DNA of 63,918 nt, filler included, from an uncultured bacterium (GTDB lineage: Bacteria; CAZSTA01), in NCBI GenBank assembly GCA_964609495.1. It is 3 parts of 3 records of this genome, joined end to end, with 100 filler letters (N's around TTAATTAATTAA, not from the genome) between each part and the next. Parts side by side here need not be neighbours in the genome. Positions count along the whole stretch, not along the records: positions 52,106 to 63,918 come from CAZSTA010000107.1; 2 more parts are not named here. One strand, given 5' to 3'. The notes under the pieces were generated by a model. That model did no database searches, was not told the origin of the DNA, and worked only from the letters and a program-made list of their open reading frames with translations. Numbering within the stretch: position 1 is the stretch's first letter; each line of letters opens with the position of its first letter. This document shows, one piece after another, positions 58,573 to 63,918 of this stretch. A program made the position numbers and the translations under genes.

Positions 58573-60387
58573 TTGAACGATTTTTTCCAAGAAGACGAGA
58601 TATTGGGGAAAGCTTATGATAGCCGTTTGATGAAGCGATTACTTAAATATCTAGGTCCATATAAGCTATATACGGCTGTTGCAGTTGGTCTTTTATTGAT
58701 CGGCTCTCTGGTTGATTTAGCTGGACCTTACCTGATGAAGCTAGCTATAGATGTTCATATAGCCAATAAAGATATAAGCGGTTTAAGTAAAGTGGCTCTC
58801 CTCTTTCTAGGAGTTTTAATCGCGAGCTTCATAATAAGATATACCCAAATCTACATAATGGAATATATGGGCCAGAGAGTTATGTATGATATGAGAGTTC
58901 AGATCTTCTCGCACTTACAGGAGATGTCCCTTTCCTTCTATGATAAGAATCCAGTGGGAAGATTGATAACTCGTCTTACCTCCGATGTAGAAGCCCTAAA
59001 CGAAATGTTGACCTCGGGAGTCATAACGATCTTTGGAGATATATTCACTCTTATGGGGATTATGGTAGTTATGTTGTTGATGAACTGGAAGTTGGCTCTA
59101 GTCACCTTTTCCATCCTACCCCTCCTTTTCTATGCCACGATCCTCTTCCGCCTCAAAGTCAGGGATACCTACCGAGCGGTGCGTCTTAGGATCGCTAGGG
59201 TGAACGCTAATCTGCAAGAGAATGTAACTGGAATGAAGATAGTTCAGCTCTTTAACAGGGAGAAGAGGAACTTTGACAGGTTCGATGAGTTAAATATAGA
59301 TCACTTAAACGCCCTTCTGAGAGCCATCTTTTACTATGCTGTTTTCTTCCCAGTTGTAGAAGTGATGGGCGCAGTGGCTATGGCTCTGATTATATGGTAT
59401 GGTGGTGGGGAAGTGATAAGAAATGCCCTTACCATAGGAGTTTTAGTCGCCTTTATCCAATATGCGAATAGGTTCTTCCGTCCCATCAGGGATTTAAGCG
59501 AGAAGTATAATATTATGCAAGCGGCTATGGCTGCCTCAGAGAGGATCTTTAGTCTATTAGATACCCCAATAGATATCAAGAACCCAGAGGAGCCAGTTAT
59601 ACTAGAGGATAGATTTAAAGGAGATATCGAGTTCAAAAACGTGTGGCTCGCCTATGCTGATGATGATTACGTTTTGAAGGATATGTCCTTCAAGATCAAA
59701 AGTGGAGAGAGCGTAGCTTTCGTAGGAGCTACGGGAGCAGGCAAGACCTCGATCATCAGCCTCCTTGCCCGTTTCTATGATATCCAGAAGGGTGAAATAC
59801 TCATCGATGGCGTGGATATCAGGAAGATGGACAAGCACCAGTTACGAAGCCATATCGGGGTGGTTCAGCAGGATGTATTCCTCTTCTCGGGAAGTATTGA
59901 GAAGAATATAAGGCTAGGAAATGAGGATATAGATGATAGAAGAGTTAGGGATGCCGCTCGCTATGTGAACGCTCACAAGTTCATCCAGAGATTGCCAGAT
60001 AGATATAGACAAAAGGTGAAGGAGAGAGGAGCAACGCTTTCCGTAGGACAGAAGCAGCTTCTAGCCTTCGCTAGAGCTTTAGCTTTCAATCCAGATATAC
60101 TTCTAGTTCTAGATGAAGCCACTTCGAGCGTTGATACTGAAACGGAGTTTCTTATCCAGGATGCTCTGGTTAAATTGATGAAGGGTCGCACTTCGATAAT
60201 CATCGCGCACCGTCTTTCAACGATAAAGAGGGTTGATAGGATAATAGTCATCCACAAAGGAGAGATAAAGGAGGTAGGCACTCATCAAGAGCTATTGGAT
60301 AAGAGAGGAATCTACTATCGCCTCTATCAATTGCAATATAAGGAACAAGAGGCAATGGCAGAGAGAGAACTGAGCAAGATCATTTAA
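58573..60387 (+). CDS. ABC exporter half-transporter (MdlB-like), heterodimer partner
   Basis: GATGAGKT, LSVGQKQL, LDEATSSVD. Confidence 0.92.
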   Translation: MNDFFQEDEILGKAYDSRLMKRLLKYLGPYKLYTAVAVGLLLIGSLVDLAGPYLMKLAIDVHIANKDISGLSKVALLFLGVLIASFIIRYTQIYIMEYMGQRVMYDMRVQIFSHLQEMSLSFYDKNPVGRLITRLTSDVEALNEMLTSGVITIFGDIFTLMGIMVVMLLMNWKLALVTFSILPLLFYATILFRLKVRDTYRAVRLRIARVNANLQENVTGMKIVQLFNREKRNFDRFDELNIDHLNALLRAIFYYAVFFPVVEVMGAVAMALIIWYGGGEVIRNALTIGVLVAFIQYANRFFRPIRDLSEKYNIMQAAMAASERIFSLLDTPIDIKNPEEPVILEDRFKGDIEFKNVWLAYADDDYVLKDMSFKIKSGESVAFVGATGAGKTSIISLLARFYDIQKGEILIDGVDIRKMDKHQLRSHIGVVQQDVFLFSGSIEKNIRLGNEDIDDRRVRDAARYVNAHKFIQRLPDRYRQKVKERGATLSVGQKQLLAFARALAFNPDILLVLDEATSSVDTETEFLIQDALVKLMKGRTSIIIAHRLSTIKRVDRIIVIHKGEIKEVGTHQELLDKRGIYYRLYQLQYKEQEAMAERELSKII

Positions 60388-60414
60388 GGGCTAGATCCTT
60401 ATTCAATCATTTTC

Positions 60415-60440
60415 ATGGTCATCAGGAGTCTGATGACCAT
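60415..60440. terminator. 11-bp hairpin after the ABC pair
   Basis: ATGGTCATCAG-GAGT-CTGATGACCAT. Confidence 0.4.
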
Positions 60441-60485
60441 CTCAGATAAGCAAAATGAGATTTTATGCGGCCCGAGCTATAGGCC

Positions 60486-61799
60486 TTGATTGTGGTGAGA
60501 GGGTGGGGTTGGAAAGCAAATTTTTTCAGATATTATGGTGATTCTTCTAAAGAGACCAAAATCGCTGAGGATGGTGATCAAATGAAAGAGGCTTTCCCTC
60601 AACCCGATCCTGAAGAGAAGAAGACAAGAGATCCAAGAAAGCCTATCGCGGTCATCCTAAGTATTATCATTGTGCTTCTCCTCGTTTCCTATTTAGTTCA
60701 TCTATATTGGGAATATAGGAAGAGCGCGCTCGCCATCTCCCACTACAAACGGGGAGTAGAGTATTACAACCAAGATCAATTTGATAAAGCTATAACAGAG
60801 TATAAGCTATCCTTGAAGTTAAATCCTAAATACAAGGATACCTACACTAGTTTAGGATTAGCCTATTTCTATCAGGGAAGATGGGAAGATGCTATCGAGA
60901 AGTACCGATCTGCCCTCATCCTCGATCCCAAGGACATAGACATATACAATAATCTAGGGACTATCTATCTGAATCAGAGTCGCCTAGACCAAGCCGCCGA
61001 AGAATATAAGGCGGCCCTTAAGATAGCCCCTGATGATGCGGTAACGCATAGTAATCTAGGGCAAGTCTATTTCCATCAAAATAAGTTGGAGGAAGCTCAA
61101 GTGGAGTATGAGACCGCTCTCAAACTTGATCCCAATAACTATAGAATCCATAGTAACTTAGGGCAAGTCTATTTCTACAGGGATGAGCTGGAGAAGGCTA
61201 TAGTTGAGTTCAAAACTGCTATTCAACTTAAGCCAGATAGCCCTATGGCTCATGATAATCTGGGATTGGTCTATTTTTATCGGGGTAGGATAGAGGAGGC
61301 TGCCGAGGAGTATAAGCTCGCTATTCAAAACGATCCCAGTTATGCTAATGCTTATAGCAACTTGGGAAATGTCTATTTCTATCAAGGTTCACTAGAGGAG
61401 GCTCAAGAGGAGTATAATAGGGCTATTCAACTTAATCCCGATGACGATGTAGCTCATAATGGCCTGGGCAGTATCTATTATGAGCAAGGCAGATGGGGAG
61501 AGGCCTTGATAGAGTTCAAGCGGGCTCTCAAGATAAACCCCGATTTCGCTGTAGCCCATAGCAATCTAGCCGGGGTCTATTACGAGATGAATATGATGGA
61601 TGAGGCGATATCTGAATACTTAACTGCGTTAAAGCTCGATCCTTACCATATCTCAACCCGCTACTATCTGGGATTAGTTTACAAAGATAAGGGAGAGGTA
61701 GAAAAAGCGATAGAGCAGTTTGAGGCTATATTAAAGTTCTCAGATGATCCTACCCTTCAGGAGGAGATCAGAGATAGCTTGAGAGGAATGGAGAGGTGA
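60486..61799 (+). CDS. Membrane-anchored TPR protein (likely start 60582)
   Basis: One TM helix, then about 10 TPR repeats (NLG.VY..G..EEA..EY..A..L.P). Confidence 0.9.
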   Translation: MIVVRGWGWKANFFRYYGDSSKETKIAEDGDQMKEAFPQPDPEEKKTRDPRKPIAVILSIIIVLLLVSYLVHLYWEYRKSALAISHYKRGVEYYNQDQFDKAITEYKLSLKLNPKYKDTYTSLGLAYFYQGRWEDAIEKYRSALILDPKDIDIYNNLGTIYLNQSRLDQAAEEYKAALKIAPDDAVTHSNLGQVYFHQNKLEEAQVEYETALKLDPNNYRIHSNLGQVYFYRDELEKAIVEFKTAIQLKPDSPMAHDNLGLVYFYRGRIEEAAEEYKLAIQNDPSYANAYSNLGNVYFYQGSLEEAQEEYNRAIQLNPDDDVAHNGLGSIYYEQGRWGEALIEFKRALKINPDFAVAHSNLAGVYYEMNMMDEAISEYLTALKLDPYHISTRYYLGLVYKDKGEVEKAIEQFEAILKFSDDPTLQEEIRDSLRGMER

Positions 61800-61859
61800 T
61801 GATTTTTAAACTTTGAAGCCATAATACAGGGTTTTTGCTCTGCTCGAACTTTACGAGTT

Positions 61860-62246
61860 TCATCTCCACATAACGTCTTTCCTATCTTTATCTCCCTCCC
61901 AAAGATTTTTTCTTACAAAAGCTTCCGCCTCCTCAAGCGAGTGAAAAGGAAGCTTTTGTAAGAAAAAATCTTTGGGAGGGAGATAAGGATATAGCCCTAT
62001 AGTCTCAACCTCATATACCTCGATGAACTCAGCAAGCTGTCTAGTCTGCTTAGGTAATATATAGAGAATAGATTTGTTCCAGCTCTTAGGTTTGCCTTCC
62101 CAGACTACAATAGAAGGGCTATCTTCTGACAGGTAGAACATAGAGTCTTTCATCCATATATCTCTTTCTACCTGCTCATCAGAGAGATATATTATCACCC
62201 AACAGACAACCAGGAGACTTATAACAACAATAAGGGTACGTTTCAT
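61860..62246 (-). CDS. Hypothetical protein with N-terminal TM/signal segment
   Basis: 128-aa ORF, hydrophobic N-terminus, no recognised motif. Confidence 0.5.
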   Translation of the reverse strand: MKRTLIVVISLLVVCWVIIYLSDEQVERDIWMKDSMFYLSEDSPSIVVWEGKPKSWNKSILYILPKQTRQLAEFIEVYEVETIGLYPYLPPKDFFLQKLPFHSLEEAEAFVRKNLWEGDKDRKDVMWR

Positions 62247-62348
62247 CTTAATATCCTATAATGCCACACACTATGAATCTTATTTCCTACGTTGATATTT
62301 CTAATCACTTTAGATAACATTTAATCATTTGTAAAGAGTATCCTAATT

Positions 62349-63716
62349 CTAACTCCCCATTTTTAATGCGCCACTAGAGTAACATTTTGTAAAAATAAAT
62401 ATCTCTCGACATACTATCGCCTCTTTATCCTCACGATCGTATAATAATCCTCCTTGTGGAGTAACTTTACATACTGAGAAGTTAGCGATATTCGGAGGAA
62501 ATGGCTTCTCGTATTTGTAACCAAGAGAGGTGATATCGTCAACTATATCTAAGGATAAATCGCTTATTAATATTGAATTAAGTTCCGATTGGGGAGTTTG
62601 CCTCCCCACTGATATTCGATAATAAGGGAAAGATATGACTATCCTTCCCTCATCTTTTAGGACCTTGCGAAGTTCACTAAAAAAGGATATGTATAATTCC
62701 CTCATCTTAGTTACAAGCTTTCTCATAGAAATCTCATCAGTCGCCAGAGAATCGGCTAAAGGTCCTAAATATCCTTCGGTAACAACTGCTTCGATAGAAG
62801 CAGGAGGAAGATGTTTCGATATCTCACGGGCATCGGAGATGAATATATCACCGATAGCTCCTATATCTTCTCTGGAGTTTATGATATCTTCCTGTTTTAA
62901 GAGCCAATTCAAATTATCCTTAGTAGCTTCCACCTCCTCAAGAGAGAGATCAGAGCCTTTCACATTCTTCCCCCTAAGTAAGGCTTCTTGGAGGATAGTT
63001 CCACAGCCACAGAAAGGATCATATATCTCACTTATATCATTAGGAGCTAAGAGATTCAGCATAATCTGAGCTACTCTAGGTGGAAGTATCCCTACCTCTG
63101 GCGTCCTCTTTGGTCTCTCATAATCCCTTTTATGATAACCTTTATAATCCTGAACAGCTAGAGTCTTAGCGAAATATATCCTCTTCTCATCCACTACGAT
63201 CGTTATCTCCGCTCCCTGATCCAAGAGCTTCTCTGCTACGAATTTGGTAGGGAGATGTTTCACTCCGGCTCCTATGAATTTAGAATTTATCCCTCTAGCC
63301 TTTAACCCTTGCTTGATCTCAGAACCTAAAGCTCTGGTGAATTTGGATAAGGTCCTGATATCTATCGAGCTATTCAAGGTATAAGAACTGAAGCCAAAAT
63401 TGACTTTAGTTCTATTGAGGAGATAATTATTGAGAAGGTTATCTAGGCTTAAAGTATTTCTTATAATATCCTGCCAGTTAGTTCCAAATAAATGCTCGTC
63501 TATGATCTCCCCGATCTTACTCGATCCTCCCAGATCGAGGATCACTCTCTCTGGCTCGAAATCTTCCTCTATCCTCATCAGAGCGAGATCGGAGTTCGGC
63601 TTCAACGGGGAATAGTCAAGATTATTATCCGCTAGATATGAACAGAGCTCGGCTATAGATAGGGTTGGTTTGCGTCCCAATATAAAGAGATAATCCCTTA
63701 GCGCTCCCCTCGCCAC
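62349..63716 (-). CDS. Trm11/TrmG10-like SAM-dependent RNA methyltransferase (THUMP-like N-terminus)
   Basis: RDY.RP..GILPPRVAQIMLNL, YDPFCGCGTIL, SDAR, VTEGYLGP. Confidence 0.65.
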   Translation of the reverse strand: MARGALRDYLFILGRKPTLSIAELCSYLADNNLDYSPLKPNSDLALMRIEEDFEPERVILDLGGSSKIGEIIDEHLFGTNWQDIIRNTLSLDNLLNNYLLNRTKVNFGFSSYTLNSSIDIRTLSKFTRALGSEIKQGLKARGINSKFIGAGVKHLPTKFVAEKLLDQGAEITIVVDEKRIYFAKTLAVQDYKGYHKRDYERPKRTPEVGILPPRVAQIMLNLLAPNDISEIYDPFCGCGTILQEALLRGKNVKGSDLSLEEVEATKDNLNWLLKQEDIINSREDIGAIGDIFISDAREISKHLPPASIEAVVTEGYLGPLADSLATDEISMRKLVTKMRELYISFFSELRKVLKDEGRIVISFPYYRISVGRQTPQSELNSILISDLSLDIVDDITSLGYKYEKPFPPNIANFSVCKVTPQGGLLYDREDKEAIVCREIFIFTKCYSSGALKMGS

Positions 63717-63918
63717 TTCTTCAGTCTCTCCTTGATCTCCTTCTCATATCCATTATCGCTAGGTTCATAATACCTCCTCTTCTCAGGGATATACTCCTGT
63801 TCGACGAAATGCCCCTCGTAATTATGAGGATATTTATATCCCTCTCCGCGAGATAAATCCTTAGCAGACTTGTAAGAGCTACTTCGTAGATGAAGGGGAA
63901 CAGGCATCGTTCTATCAT
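63698..63918 (-). CDS. rarA: C-terminus of replication-associated recombination protein A (partial)
   Basis: PVPLHLR..GEGYKYPH....VEQEY.P MgsA/RarA C-terminal signature. Confidence 0.85.
   Translation of the reverse strand, partial: DRTMPVPLHLRSSSYKSAKDLSRGEGYKYPHNYEGHFVEQEYIPEKRRYYEPSDNGYEKEIKERLKKWRGER

Noticed and set aside
60760-61700. Periodic nucleotide repeats (also 43990-44230) as a possible CRISPR array
   Set aside because: Explained by coding TPR and LysM repeats; no spacer structure or cas genes

Overview
Bacterial genomic DNA of moderate-to-low GC with abundant consensus sigma70/sigmaA-type promoters. DarA/PstA, an Asp23-fusion protein and the rho-rpmE-tdk-DUF1385-prfA-prmC cluster suggest a Terrabacteria-like, probably uncultured lineage (inference). 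The window is three contigs joined by artificial 100-nt N/TTAATTAATTAA spacers (26009-26108, 52006-52105), so adjacency across them is meaningless. Contig 1 holds a tandem array of at least 3 paralogous surface lipoproteins (PKD domain plus a conserved unknown C-terminal domain) and a lipid-carrier glycosylation operon. Inside that operon sits a fused Type IIG-like restriction-modification gene, followed by a 1868-bp tandem duplication. The duplication creates a second, nuclease-less MTase-TRD gene with a diverged recognition region and a start borrowed from the downstream acetyltransferase. Housekeeping and molybdenum-cofactor genes and an orphan DNA MTase follow. Contig 2 holds a MITE-like element, a large glycoside hydrolase with an MFS transporter, and a long minus-strand run (ilvE, PP2C/Ser-Thr kinase, rho, LysM-M23, rpmE, tdk, prfA, prmC, prs, complete tsaE-B-D-C, HEAT, GNAT). 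Contig 3 holds a MITE with target-site duplication carrying REP-like palindromes, darA with a structured leader, tatD, metG, an archaeal-type XPF/ERCC4 nuclease, an ABC exporter pair, a TPR protein, a Trm11-like methyltransferase and the rarA 3' end. No tRNA, rRNA or CRISPR array was recognised.
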